From Lingula anatina (taxonomy: Eukaryota > Animalia > Brachiopoda), in the NCBI GenBank assembly GCA_051362555.1, contig CM120641.1, positions 30,820,401-30,884,400 of the forward strand: a DNA stretch of 64,000 nt, in the 5' to 3' direction. Position 1 is the stretch's first letter. Each line of letters opens with the position of its first letter. The notes beneath the pieces were generated by a model. It was given only the letters and a program-made list of their open reading frames with translations. It was not told the DNA's origin and ran no database searches. Made by a program: the position numbers and the translations under genes. Positions 24,243 to 37,900 of the stretch are shown piece by piece.

Positions 24243-27200
24243 ATTTCTACAGACCCAGCAAACGTGGCCCTTCCCCCCAGCAACCCCTCAGATAACGATG
24301 TGTCTGACGACGAATCGCAGCCCATGGGAGATGTTTCAGCGCCAGCCAGTGAACCCACACAGACTGCAGAACAGACCGACATGAGCAGAGAAAAGAGACA
24401 TTCAAAATTAACTGAAAAAGCTGAAGCTGCATATATGGACTCGAAACAGCAATTAGAAAGTAAATTGGATAAGGTTTGGCAGTTAGTTAGAGATCAGATA
24501 GTTAGTTTGCCAGAATGCGATAATGAAGTAGTAGTTATTCAAAATAGTATGTCTCTCTTAAGAGCTCAGTTTGCTAAATATTGTATAGTACAAGAAGAAA
24601 TTAGTTCTCTGCACATTAGAGCCAATACGGCTATTAGTTTACGGGAACAAGGGAAGTTGATGAACATTGGTCAGCACCGTGAGGAATTTGTCCAAATGAC
24701 CTTGAGTGAAGCAAGAACTAGGTGCCAAGAGTTGACAGAGACCTCTTCCATTACATCCTCAAGGAAATCGGGGTCATCACTAACCATCTCCTCCGTCAGC
24801 AGCGCAAGGAGAGCCCGACTAGAAAAGGAAGCTACAAAGCTGGAGGAGGAAAGAAGAAAAATTGAGGCCACAGCAAGAAGACAGCTAGAAGAGGTGGAAA
24901 TTGAAGCAAAACGTCAGAAAGAGAAGGCTCGAGTCCTAGAGAGGAAGGCAGCGGAAGAGGCAGAAAACTCCCGCAAGTGCGCCGACCTGAGGATAGACCT
25001 TGACACGCTGGCTGAACCCTGTAATGACGCTGATAGTCAGTCAGTACTATCAGCTCTTCCACAGACCTCTAAAGCTGACATGGTGAGGGAATTCGTCCGT
25101 TACCAAGATGAAGAGAAGTTGGAAAAGTCTGAAGACACCCAGGACTCATCACCGGCAGGCAATCACGCCATTCAAGGTTGGGTCTAGCACTTCTTGAAAA
25201 GGGACTTGGTGTCCAACGGCCTCGAGAAATTTGATGATACTCCAGAGAATTTTCTCTCTTGGCGGCTGTCATTTAAAAACGTAGTGAATGGAGCGCAACT
25301 TTCCCCGAGAGAAGAGCTTGATCTCCTGGTGAAGTGGAGTGGAACACAATCTGCAGAACTGGTCAAGAAAATACGGGCAGTACACGTCAACCGCCCAAGT
25401 GTTGGACTCAAAACGGTGTGGGAGCGATTAGAAGAAAACTTTGGCAAGCCAGAAGTCATCTCCATCTCCCTGATATCAAAGGTGCGCGACACCAGAAAAA
25501 TGGGCAAGACTGATCACCGTGCCCTTAGAGATTTCGGGGATGCCCTAGCCATGCTAGAGTACGCCAAAGAAGACAGCAGCCTCCCAGGGTTAGAGTATTT
25601 AGATACGTTCATGGGCATCAATCCGCTTGTGGACAAGCTTCCAGACGATCTGCAGGACAAATGGAGATCCAGAGCCCACCGTTATAAGCAAACTAACGGG
25701 AAGTTTCCACCTTTCATGGTCTTTTCTGAATTTGTTAGAAAGCATGCCTTAGAAAGATGCGATCGTAGTTTTTCAGTGAGGCTTACAGAGCAGCCTGAGA
25801 CTAAGTTTCCTTCCAGGATGCAAAGAATGCACAGTAAACAAAACGTTAATGTTCACAAAACAGATGTGACAAAAACCGTTCGATGTCCAGTCCACAAACA
25901 GGGGAACCATTCTGCGGACAAGTGCCGAGTGCTGTTATCCAAACTGCCCAACGAAAGAAGGGAAATGGTGAAGAAGTCAGGTTTTTGCTTACGTTGTATC
26001 GCCACAACGTCCCACAGGGCCAGAGATTGCAGGGTTGAAGTGAAATGTGGCAAGTGCGGCAGTGAACGGCACCCAGAGATTCTTCACATCGAGATGAAGA
26101 AGACCACAACACCTGAAGTACGAGCCCATGGCGGGGAGAATGTAGAAGAAGTGCGTACTTCGTGCACAGAAGTATGTGGCTCTAGTGTGGAGTCAAAATC
26201 ATGTGCCAAGATCTGCTTGGTCAACATTTATCACAAAGACAGACCCTCAACAGTAGTACGGGCGTATGTAGTAATGGACGACCAGAGTAATCGGTCTCTG
26301 TCCAAGTCGGAGTTATTTCAACAGTTGGGCGTCGACACAGAACTAGTCCCCTTCTCCTTGTCTACGTGTTCCGGTAAGTCTCAGATTGTAGGCAGGCGAG
26401 CAGAACACCTTGTGGTGGAAGCGATCAACAGGTCGACAAAGCTATGTTTACTGACTGTTTTGGAGTGCAATGACATACCTGACAATAGGAATGAAATACC
26501 AGTTCCAGGGGTAGCAGCACACCATGCCCATCTGCGACATCTAAAAGCTCAGATTCCAGAGATAGATCCACAGGCCGATATTTTACTATTAATTGGGCGA
26601 GATGTGCCACAGGCCCACAAGGTAAGGGAGTCAAGGAACTGGCTTAATGACGCACCATGGGCTCAGCGCCTGGATCTGGGATGGGTCATCCTTGGAGAAG
26701 CATGTACAGGGAACGTCCATCGCACTCCCCAGGTCAGCACTTTTAGAACCAATATTATGGAAAACGGCAGACCAACTCTATTTGAGCCGTGCACGCGACG
26801 GATGACCATTACAGAGAGATATGAAGGCCGTTTCAGGGACAATATTGGGAAAGGAATTTACGTTCGCACTGATGATGACAATATGAAGGGGCCCAGCATT
26901 GAAGACAGGGAATTTATGGAGTTGATGAAAACAGAAATGCAGCGAGAGGAGTCAGGCCATTTGATCGCCCCTTTGCCATTCAAACATGACAGGAAGATCC
27001 TACCGAATAACAAGGAGAGGGTATACCAAAGGCTAAGGTCACTCTCCAAGAGCCTTAGGAAAAATCAGGAGTTAAAAGATCATTACGTCACATTTATGAG
27101 CACAATGTTAGAGAAAGGCCACGCAGAACCAGCGCCCCCTCTGAGACCTGGCCAAGAAGCGTGGTACCTGCCGCATTTTGGGGTTTACCACGCAAAGAAA

Positions 27201-30180
27201 CCCGGAAAGATAAGAGTCGTTTTTGATTCCAGTGACACGTTCAATGGAACCTCCCTCAATGATGTTCTCCTTACGGGGCCTGACCTTCTAAACAACCTAT
27301 TAGGAGTGCTTCTCAGATTCAGGTCGGATTTGGTTGCATGTATGGCAGACATAGAACAGATGTTTTATTCATTTCATGTTAAAGAAGAACACAGAGACTT
27401 CTTGCGGTTCCTTTGGTTTGAGAACAATGATCCAGAGGGAAAGGTTGAGGAGTATAGAATGAAAGTGCATATCTTCGGGAACAGTCCCTCACCTGCTGTG
27501 GCGACATTCGGCCTTAGGAAGACTGCCCAAGAAGGACAACAGAAATACGGAAAGGATGCAAGACAGTTCGTAGAGAATGACTTTTACTGTGATGACGGTC
27601 TGCTAGCTGTGCCAACTGTAGAGAAAGCAATTGACATCCTTAAGCAGACGAAGGACATGCTAGCAGTTTCTAATCTACGATTGCACAAAATTGCTTCCAA
27701 TTTCAGGGAAGTTGTGGAAGCATTTCCCGCATCTGAACGGGCAACTGAAATATGTGATCTCAACCTAGATTTGGATGAAGCTCCACTCCAGAGGTCCCTT
27801 GGTATCCTTTGGAATTTACAGAGAGATACGTTTACTTTTCAGGTTACCTTGGACGAAAAACCTTTCACTAAAAGAGGTGTTTTGTCGGCCATTAATAGCA
27901 TTTATGATCCTTTAGGCTTTGTACAACCGGTAGTGATAGGAGGAAAAGTTCTTCTCAGGCAAATGACACAAAACCAGGAGATTGGTTGGGACGACCGACT
28001 GCCGGATCACCTAGCCCCAGCATGGCACTTGTGGCGTCAATCCCTTCTTGCACTCGCTGAAATAGAAGTTCCACGTGCATATACTCCAATCCCGTCAACA
28101 GAAGCTTCCAGAAGAGAACTACATGTATTCTCAGATGCCTCTCAACAAGCTATTGCAGCCGTAGCATATCTGAAGGTGATCGACAACCAAGGCAACATTC
28201 ATGTGAGCTTCCTCATGGGCAAAGCCAAGCTTGCTCCAAAGCATGCCACAAGCATTCCCCGCTTAGAACTGAACTCTGCTGTGATCGCCGTTGAATTGAG
28301 AGATGTTATTACAAGTGAAATCCAGCTAGAAATCCATGAACAAAGGTTTTACTCAGACAGTCGAGTGGTTTTAGGATATCTAACCAATCGAACCAAACGG
28401 TTTTACGTGTATGTGGCTAACAGAGTAGAGAGCATCTTAAGATCCACGTCTTCAGAACAGTGGACTTATGTGCCGACCAACGTTAATCCTGCAGACCATG
28501 CCACAAGACCTGTGACAGCAGAAGGCTTACCTGCAACATCATGGTTGCAAGGCCCAGGTTTTCTCAAGTCTACGCCAGAGCTTGACCTGACAGTGAACTC
28601 GGACAAAATGTTTCTTGTCTCTGATGATGATGTGGAGGTGAGACCAGACACGAAAGTATATGTTACTTCGGTACTCTCTGGCAGGTTACCTATGCATCTG
28701 CACTTTACCCGTTTCTCCAGTTGGAACACCCTTGTAAGGTCTATTGCACGCTTGATCCGCGTAGTCAGATGTTTGAAGGCTACAAGATGCCGAACTCGAG
28801 GCGTTTGGCATGTCTGTCCCATAGAAGTACAAGATGTGAAAGCAGCGGAGAAGATGATACTACATAACGCTCAGAAAGAGTCATATTCCAAAGAAATGTG
28901 TCCTAAAGCAAGGTCATACCCTGCCCAGCGCCAGCTCCATTGCGTCACTAAACCCTTTCCTGGATGATGATCAACTCTTAAGAGTTGGGGGACGTCTAAA
29001 GCATGCTGATGTATCTGACAAGGAGAAGAACCCTTTTGTAGTCCCTGGGGATTCACACGTTTCTACTCTTCTCATTCGGCACCACCATGAAAGAGTTCAG
29101 CATCAAGGCAGGCATTTCACAGAAGGAGCTGTGAGAAACGCTGGTCTTTGAATAATTGGTGCTAAAAGAAAAATCGGCAGCCTCATCCATAAGTGTGTAA
29201 CATGCAGGAAGCTGCGAGGAAAATTTGAACAGCAACAAATGGCCGACTTGCCGTCGGAAAGGCTTGAGCAGCAGCCCCCTTTCACAAATGTAGGCGTCGA
29301 TGTATTTGGTCCATGGGAAGTTGTAACCAGACGGACACGTGGAGGGAGCGCCAACAGCAAAAGATGGGCAGTACTTTTTACCTGTTTCTCAACCAGTGCC
29401 GTCCATATAGAGGTAATAGAATCCATGAGTGCCTCTTGCTTTATAAACGCTCTCAGAAGATTTTTTGCTATAAGGGGACCAGCAAAGATGATAAGATCCG
29501 ACCGCGGGACAAACTTCGTGGGAGCCGCGAAAGAAATGGAATATTATCTTCGGGTCCATGGATGCAGATGGGAGTTTAATCCTCCACACGCGTCCCACAT
29601 GGGAGGTTCCTGGGAAAGAATGATTGGTTTAGCAAGACGAATCCTCAACTCTATGTTATCGCAACCAGGAAAATCCAACCTAACTCATGAGATCCTCACC
29701 ACCCTCATGGCTGAGGTTTCTGCTATTATAAACGCCAGACCTTTGGTGCCAATCACAACGGATCCTGAGGCTCCAATCATGCTAACACCATCTATGCTTT
29801 TGAATCAGAAGATATGCGAAGGAGACGATATGGGAGACTTCTCAGATGTCGTCTTGTACAGGCAGCAATGGAAGAGGGTCCAAGCGCTTGCAGATCAATT
29901 CTGGGCAAGGTGGAGAAAAGAATACCTGGTCACTTTACAGCCCAGAAAAAAGTGGAACCGCCCGTCCCCAAACCTCAAGTTAGGAGACGTAGTACTGATA
30001 AAAGATAACTCAACCAAAAGAAACCAGTGGCCCATGGGCATAGTCATTAACACCTTCCCCAGTCAGGATGGGTTAGTAAGGAGAGTAGAGGTCAAGACAG
30101 GCCATGGTTCTCGTAAATATCTTAGGCCTGTAACAGATATTGTAGTTATTGTAGAAGCCCAAGTGGAAATTGAGGAGTGA
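24243..30180 (+). pseudogene. BEL/Pao gag-pol, copy 1
   Basis: Triple Cys/His knuckle, protease DDQS, RT (ADIEQMF, FYCDD), RNase H (FSDAS), integrase (HHQG..CVTC, DVFGP, SDRGTNF, WERM). Stop at 25185, 2-nt deletion at ~28897, TGA at ~29149. Confidence 0.95.
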
Positions 30181-33100
30181 TATCTCTTAGATATCAGACG
30201 GGGAGTGTGTTGAAACCAATTATTATTGTTATTATTATTATTTACTATTGTTTAATAGCAACAGGATTATTCCTAGGAGAATGTTAAGTACTCTATGTAT
30301 AGATTTGGAGACCCCTCTCTGTGAATTTGTAGCCCTCTCACTTCGCTAGCCTCCTAGCGCTGTCTCTGTATTGGGGTTAGATTATTGTATAACGGGTAGT
30401 GGCGCGTTCAATCTGGTGAGGGGTGTCGGCCGGACCCCATTGGTCAGTAGCCCCCATGTTACGGGGATAAGTGGCGTGATCGATCTGGTGAGGGGTGTTG
30501 GCTGGATGTTATTGGCCAGAAACTCTGATATTAGTTAGTTACTCTTAGAACGATCTTCATTCACTCACACGATACTCAGAAGATACACGCCGTTCTAGTT
30601 CTTCAGTAGGAAGACGCAACTCCGTCAACCGTAGGAGTTAAAGTTAGCGCTTTTATTTTATTAATATGTTAGTGAGATTATAGTGAGTTTTAAGGTTGTT
30701 TTAATGCTAAGTTATATGATTTAGTTCGTAAACATACCTTAAATTGCTGCCGCGACGATCTTTGATAGCGTTCAGTGTCATTTAATGATACAGGTTTACT
30801 TAGGGTGATTTCGTGTTTGTTTTCGTTTGCGCAATGTGTCACTACAATTTATCTGGCGTATTTCATTGTATAAACCCTCTGTAAAAGCTATATTCGATCG
30901 TAGAACGGCTATTTAGCTTAGTGCAAACTTACTGTATCAGCGTTGTTATTCAAGTGATATCGTGTAGAGTTTAGCGTGTCAGCGAATTTATTGTTGGTTC
31001 CCGTTTTCAGGTCATTGCGAATCTGTAGCACGTTCTCAGTACTGCTTCGCACGTTTTAGCCGGTGACACCACTTCTTGTAAGAATTTATCTTTGTTTATC
31101 TAGTACGGTAAATGTTGTTGAATTTAGTACAGATACATGTACGTTGTATTGTGCATTGGTATTGAAATTAGGCTCTAGTACGAAAAACGATCTTTAAAAT
31201 TGCTCACTTTTATTACCGTACCTACCGTTAAGTTTTGTAGAGCCTTCTTACTATCGTCACAACTGTGTTGCCCTTTAATTTTAAGACGAAATAGTTTTGT
31301 AAAGTTTACTTTGTTATTGTCTTTGTACTTATATTTTGTTTATTATGTACAGACACAGATGTGTCTGTACATATAGCCGTCATCTGCGTCTGTCGTCGCC
31401 GTCGTTGCCGTCGTCGCCGTCGTTGCCGTCGTCGCCGTCGCCGTGCACTTTTACCGATAACACGATAAGTGGAAAACTGTTTTTTCTTTTTGTTTGAAAC
31501 TTACAGAACTGATGAATATTCATAATACGCAGGTCGAGTTCGAAAATCAGCATGATCGGGTCACTTATATGGAATTTATGCTGTTTTTTCACTTTTTTCA
31601 GCATATATGCAGCACCGATAACACGATAAGTGGAAAACCATTTTACCTTTTGGCTTGAAACTTACAGAACTGATGAATATTCATAATACGGAGATCAAGT
31701 TCGAAAATCAGCGTGATTGGGTCATTTTTAGTGAATTTAGGCTATTTTTTCTCTTTTTTCAGCATATGTGCAGCACCGATAACACGATAAATGGAAAACC
31801 ATTTTATCTTTTGGCTTGAAACTTACAGAACTGATAAATATTCATAATACGCAGGTCAAGTTCGAAAATCAGCACGATCGGGTCACTTATAGGGAATTTA
31901 TGCTGTTTTTTCACTTTTTCAGTATATATGCAACACTGATAACACAATATAAGAAAAACAGATTGGCCAATTGTCATTATACTCACAGGAGAGGCCAATC
32001 GTACTAAAACGCAGGTTGAGTTTGAAAATCAGCATAATCAGTTCATTATTTTAGAAGTTATGCTGTTTTTTCACATTTCCTCACATTCAATTCTTAGGCA
32101 TGTTAACAGTCTCATTATTGAACTAATAAGATACGTAAAAGTGTTTGTTTGACATTTCCTGCATCTTTACAACATTGTTAGTTGATTTTTTAAAAATGAT
32201 GGTAAACTTGTTATCATGTATTGTGTAATAAAGTGTCAAAAATGGAAATAAACTCATATCATTGCAGTTTGTCAGATGCATTCATCCACTATGTTCAGAA
32301 TCTCAGAATGGAGGAAGTTGGACATTTAACACTGTTCTATTGATACTTTTCCCATCTCATCAATTTTCTTCATTGGTCATATAAAAATGGCAGTAAACTG
32401 TTTATTTTGTTTTATGTTAAAAAAGTGTTAAAAATGGAAATAAACCCATTTCAGAACAGTGCTGTCTTGTTTACATTTTGGCATTTTCAATATGTGACTT
32501 TGAAGTTCCATGGGCCTGAAGACTTTTGCTTGTCACATTTTCTGAATAACTATGATGCTAATATTTTATAATTACAAATTGATGGTCATTATGCTGTAAA
32601 ACATTATGTAATATTCCATCAAAATTTGAAGAAACCCCTATTTTGGGCACTGCTCCCATGATGACCATTTAAGGAAAATCATGTCACTTACTGTTCTCAA
32701 ACTTACAGGAAAGAAACATGGGACTAAAATACAGCTTCAGTAGGCAATGCAGTCTGTTTGGTAAATTTTTCTGGCAATTAAACAGTTTTTTGTGAAAATT
32801 TAATTTTTCACATATTGGCATTTCCAAGGTGTGACTTAGAACCTCCACGGGCTTGAAGACCCATGCTAGTCACATTTTGTGAAAATTCATTACACTTATA
32901 TTTTATTATTAAAAATCGATGGTCATTATGCTGTTAAGCATTATGTAATGTTGCATCAAAATAGAAGAAAACACAATTTTTGGTGCTGCTGCCTTGATGA
33001 CCATTATGGGAAAACCGTGTTACTTATGACTGTCAAACTTTCAAAAAAGAAACACAGGACTAAAATGCAGCCTGAGTTAGAAAAGCAGTCTAATTGGCTT

Positions 33101-33902
33101 CTTTTTCTGGAAGTTATACATTTTAGTGTAATATTCATTATCTTTTTGGCGTATTCATTGTGGGACTCGGAACTCCCATGGACATGAAGCCAAATGGTAA
33201 TCATATTTCCTACATGTCCATCCTATTTATATTCAATAAACAAAAATTGGTGATAATTATTCTCTAATTTATTATGTAATGTTACATCAAAATTGACAAC
33301 AATCTTTTTGCACTGCTACTGCAAACATTATGAAAAGAAAACTGTGTCACTTATTATAATTTTAAACTTACAAGTACGATTTTTAGGATTGGCCTTCAGC
33401 TCATGAGAAAACCAGCTCTATTGGATTATCATGTTTATTGTATTTATGCATTTTTTGTGAAATTTTCATTTTTCTCATTCTGGCACTTTCTAAGTATAAA
33501 CTTGAACTTTGATGGGCCTGGAGCCTTATGCTTTTACTTTCATCTGTGTGACCTGTTGTGCATAAGTTGATGTTGACTGTGCAGTTAAACATAATGTATT
33601 ATTGCATCAGGATTGGTAGTCTCCTATTTTGGGCATTATGGTTTTGTGCTTTTCTTAAGGTGTGACTTATGGGCCTGAAGACCTTTGAGTGGGTCAGTCT
33701 GTAAATTACCCTTGGGTATCACTAGATTAATTTCAGAGTTATAAAGTCATTTGCTTTAATAGGCCATTAAATGAGATTACATAAAGCACACTTGTTGATA
33801 TTTCCCCGTAAACTCCCAAAGGTAAAGCTCTCTGCTAGATTAATAATAAGGAAGCAGTGATAATTATGCAGGTAAATTTTGTTTAATATTGCAAATAAGT
33901 TT

Positions 33903-34007
<105 letters not shown>

Positions 34008-34051
34008 AACTGGAAGATTAAAAGTTTGAATAGCATCTTCATTGGAATTAT

Positions 34052-34290
34052 ATTTACCTCAAGCTCTGCCAAGGAGGTTATATTTTCACCCCTGTTTGTC
34101 TGTCATCCACATAACACAAAAAAGTTATGGACCGATTTTGCAGAAATTTTCAGGAACTGTCGGAAGTGGGCCAAAGAGGACAATGATTAATTTTTGGTGG
34201 TGGTCCGGATCAATAATCAATCAATTATCAATAATAATCAACAATTGCTGCCTGGGCAGAGGTCTGCACTCTCAAAGTGCTTTTCTAGTT
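34052..34290 (+). mobile_element. Short second-family HINE nested in the first
   Basis: TTACCTC..GCCAAGGAGGTTATATTTTC...GGGCAGAGGTCTGCACTCTCAAAGTGCTTTTCTAGT. The empty site ATTGGAATT|TTTTGTT is seen in the paralogous copy at ~62810. Confidence 0.75.
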
Positions 34291-34979
34291 TTGTTGTTTT
34301 CCTTTATAATTTTTTCTCAAACACTTGCATTTGTGACTTTTAACTCTCATCTGCCTGGGGCTCTGCACATTTTCTGTATTTCTACATAAGCAGTTGTATT
34401 GTTTTTATGTCTTTAAACATTATGTAATATTATTTTATGCACTGTCATCATTTTTCAAATATTGAGACTTTCATAATGTGAATTTGAACTCTCATGGTCC
34501 TGAAACTGTAATCTTATTGAAGGGGTGGATTGAGACCATCTTCTGGGTCTTCCGGAAGACAGTCAGGTTATTAAGTTTATATTGACTGGTATCTATTTTT
34601 TTCTGTTGGAAGACCATCAAAATGGAGGATGGATCAACATAGATTCTTTGTAATACTGTCAGAAAATATCTCTGGGTCTGCTCCTGTTATTGACCATGTT
34701 ACCTGTTGTGCAAGATTAAAATTCAGTGTTGACTGACAGTGCTATTATAAGCATTATTTATTATTGCATCAAAATTGACAAAATGACCTTTTTTGCATCT
34801 TTATTTTCTGTTTTTTGTCTGTACATTTGACAGCTTTGCTGCCTTGTTTTTTCTTATTAAAGTTTACCGCTATTACATCTCAACAAGACGTGTTGTGTTG
34901 TATGGTAGGCTGTCTGATGACGATAGTCAACGGTCAGAACAGTAAAAAGAAGTGAACCACTGCCCCAGACGTGAGCAAG

Positions 34980-37900
34980 ATGTCTACAGACCCAGCAAAC
35001 GTGGCCCTTCCCCCCAGCAACCCCTCAGATAACAATGTGTCTGACGACGAATCGCAGCCCATGGGAGATGTTTCAGTGCCAGCCAGTGAACCCACACAGA
35101 CTGCAGAACAGACCGACATGAGCAGAGAGAAGAGACATTCAAAATTAACTGAAAAAGCTGAAGCTGCATATATGGACTCGAAACAGCAATTAGAAAGTAA
35201 ATTGGATAAGGTTTGGCAGTTAGTTAGAGATCAGATAGTTAGTTTGCAAGAATGCGATAATGAAGTAGTAGTTATTCAAAATAGTATGTCTCTCTTAAGA
35301 GCTCAGTTTGCTAAATATTGTATAGTACAAGAAGAAATTAGTTCTCTGCACATTAGAGCCAATACGGCTATTAGTTTACGGGAACAAGGGAAGTTGATGA
35401 ACATTGGTCAGCACCGTGAGGAATTTGTCCAAAAGACCTTGAGTGAAGCAAGAACTAGGTGCCAAGAGTTGACAGAGACCTCTTCCATTACATCCTCAAG
35501 GAAATCGGGGTCATCACTAACCATCTCCTCCGTCAGCAGCGCAAGGAGAGCCCGACTAGAAAAGGAAGCTACAAAGCTGGAGGAGGAAAGAAGAAAAATT
35601 GAGGCCACAGCAAGAAGTCAGCTAGAAGAGGTGGAAATTGAAGCAAAACGTCAGAAAGAGAAGGCTCGAGTCCTAGAGAGGAAGGCAGCGGAAGAGGCAG
35701 AAAACTCCCGCAAGTGCGCCGACCTGAGGATAGACCTTGACACGCTGGCTGAACCCTGTAATGACGCTGATAGTCAGTCAGTACTATCAGCTCTTCCACA
35801 GACCTCTAAAGCTGACATGGTGATGGAATTCGTCCGTAACCAAGATGAAGAGAAGTTGGAAAAGTCTGAAGACACCCAGGACTCATCACCGGCAGGCAAT
35901 CACGCCATTCAAGGTTGGGTCCAGCACTTCTTGAAAAGGGACTTGGTGTCCAACAGCCTCGAGAAATTTGATGATACTCCAGAGAATTTTCTCTCTTGGC
36001 GGCTGTCATTTAAAAACGTAGTGAATGGAGCGCAACTTTCCCCGAGAGAAGAGCTTGATCTCCAGGTGAAGTGGAGTGGAACACAATCTGCAGAGCTGGT
36101 CAAGAAAATACGGGCAGTATACGTCAACCGCCCAAGTGTTGGACTCAAAACGGCATGGGAGCGATTAGAAGAAAACTTTGGCAAGCCAGAAGTCATCTCC
36201 ATCTCCCTGATATCAAAGGTGCGCGACACCAGAAAAATGGGCAAGACCGATAACCGTGCCCTTAGAGATTTCGGGGATGCCCTAGCCATGCTAGAGTACG
36301 CCAAAGAAGACAGCAGCCACCCAGGGTTAGATAGATACGTTCATGGGCATCAATCCGCTTGTGGACAAGCTTCCAGACGATCTGCAGGACAAATGGAGAT
36401 CCAGAGCCCACCGTTATAAGCAAACTAACGGGAAGTTTCCACCTTTCATGGTCTTTTCTGAATTTGTTAGAAAGCATGCCTTAGAAAGATGCGATCGTAG
36501 TTTTTCAGTGAGGCTTACAGAGCAGCCTGAGACTAAGTTTCCTTCCAGGATGCAAAGAATGCACAGTAAACAAAACGTTAATGTTCACAAAACAGATGTG
36601 ACAAAAACTGTTCGATGTCCAGTCCACAAACAGGGGAACCATTCTGCGGACAAGTGCCGAGTGCTGTTATCCAAACTGCCCAACGAAAGAAGGGAAATGG
36701 TGAAGAAGTCAGGTTTTTGCTTACGTTGTATCGCCACAACGTCCCACAGGGCCAGAGATTGCAGGGTTGAAGTGAAATGTGGCAGTGAACGGCACCCAGA
36801 GATTCTTCACATCGAGATGAAGAAGACCACAACACCTGAAGTACGAGCCCATGGCGGGGAGAATGTAGAAGAAGTGCGTACTTCGTGCACAGAAGTATGT
36901 GGCTCTAGTGTGGAGTCAAAATCATGTGCCAAGATCTGCTTGGTCAACATTTATCACAAAGACAGACCCTCAACAGTAGTACGGGCGTATGTAGTAATGG
37001 ACGACCAGAGTAATCGGTCTCTGGCCAAGTCGGAGTTATTTCAACAGTTGGGCGTCGACACAGAACTAGTCCCCTTCTCCTTGTCTACGTGTTCCGGTAA
37101 GTCTCAGATTGTCGGCAGGCGAGCAGAACACCTTGTGGTGGAAGCGATCAACGGGTCGACAAAGCTATGTTTACTGACTGTTTGGGAGTGCAACGACATA
37201 CCTGACAATAGGAATGAAATACCAGTTCCAGGGGTAGCAGCACACCATGCCCATCTGCGACATCTAAAAGCTCAGATTCCAGAGATAGATCCACAGGCCG
37301 ATATTTTACTATTAATTGGGCGAGATGTGCCACAGGCCCACAAGGTAAGGGAGTCAAGGAACGGGCCTAATGACGCACCATGGGCTCAGCGCCTGGATCT
37401 GGGATGGTCATCCTTGGAGAAGCATGTACAGGGAACGTCCATCGCACTCCCCAGGTCAGCACTTTTAGAACCAATATTATGGAAAACGGCAGACCAACTC
37501 TATTTGAGCCGTGCACGGGACGGATGACCATTACAGAGAGATATGAAGGCCGTTTCAGGGACAATATTGGGAAAGGAATTTACGTTCGCACTGATGATGA
37601 CAATATGAAGGGGCCCAGCATTGAAGACAGGGAATTTATGGAGTTGATGAAAACAGAAATGCAGCGAGAGGAGTCAGGCCATTTGATCGCCCCTTTGCCA
37701 TTCAAACATGACAGGAAGATCCTACCGAATAACAAGGAGAGGGTATACCAAAGGCTAAGGTCACTCTCCAAGAGCCTTAGGAAAAATCAGGAGTTAAAAG
37801 ATCATTACGTCACATTTATGAGCACAATGTTAGAGAAAGGCCACGCAGAACCAGCGCCCCCTCTGAGACCCAGCCAAGAAGCGTGGTACCTGCCGCATTT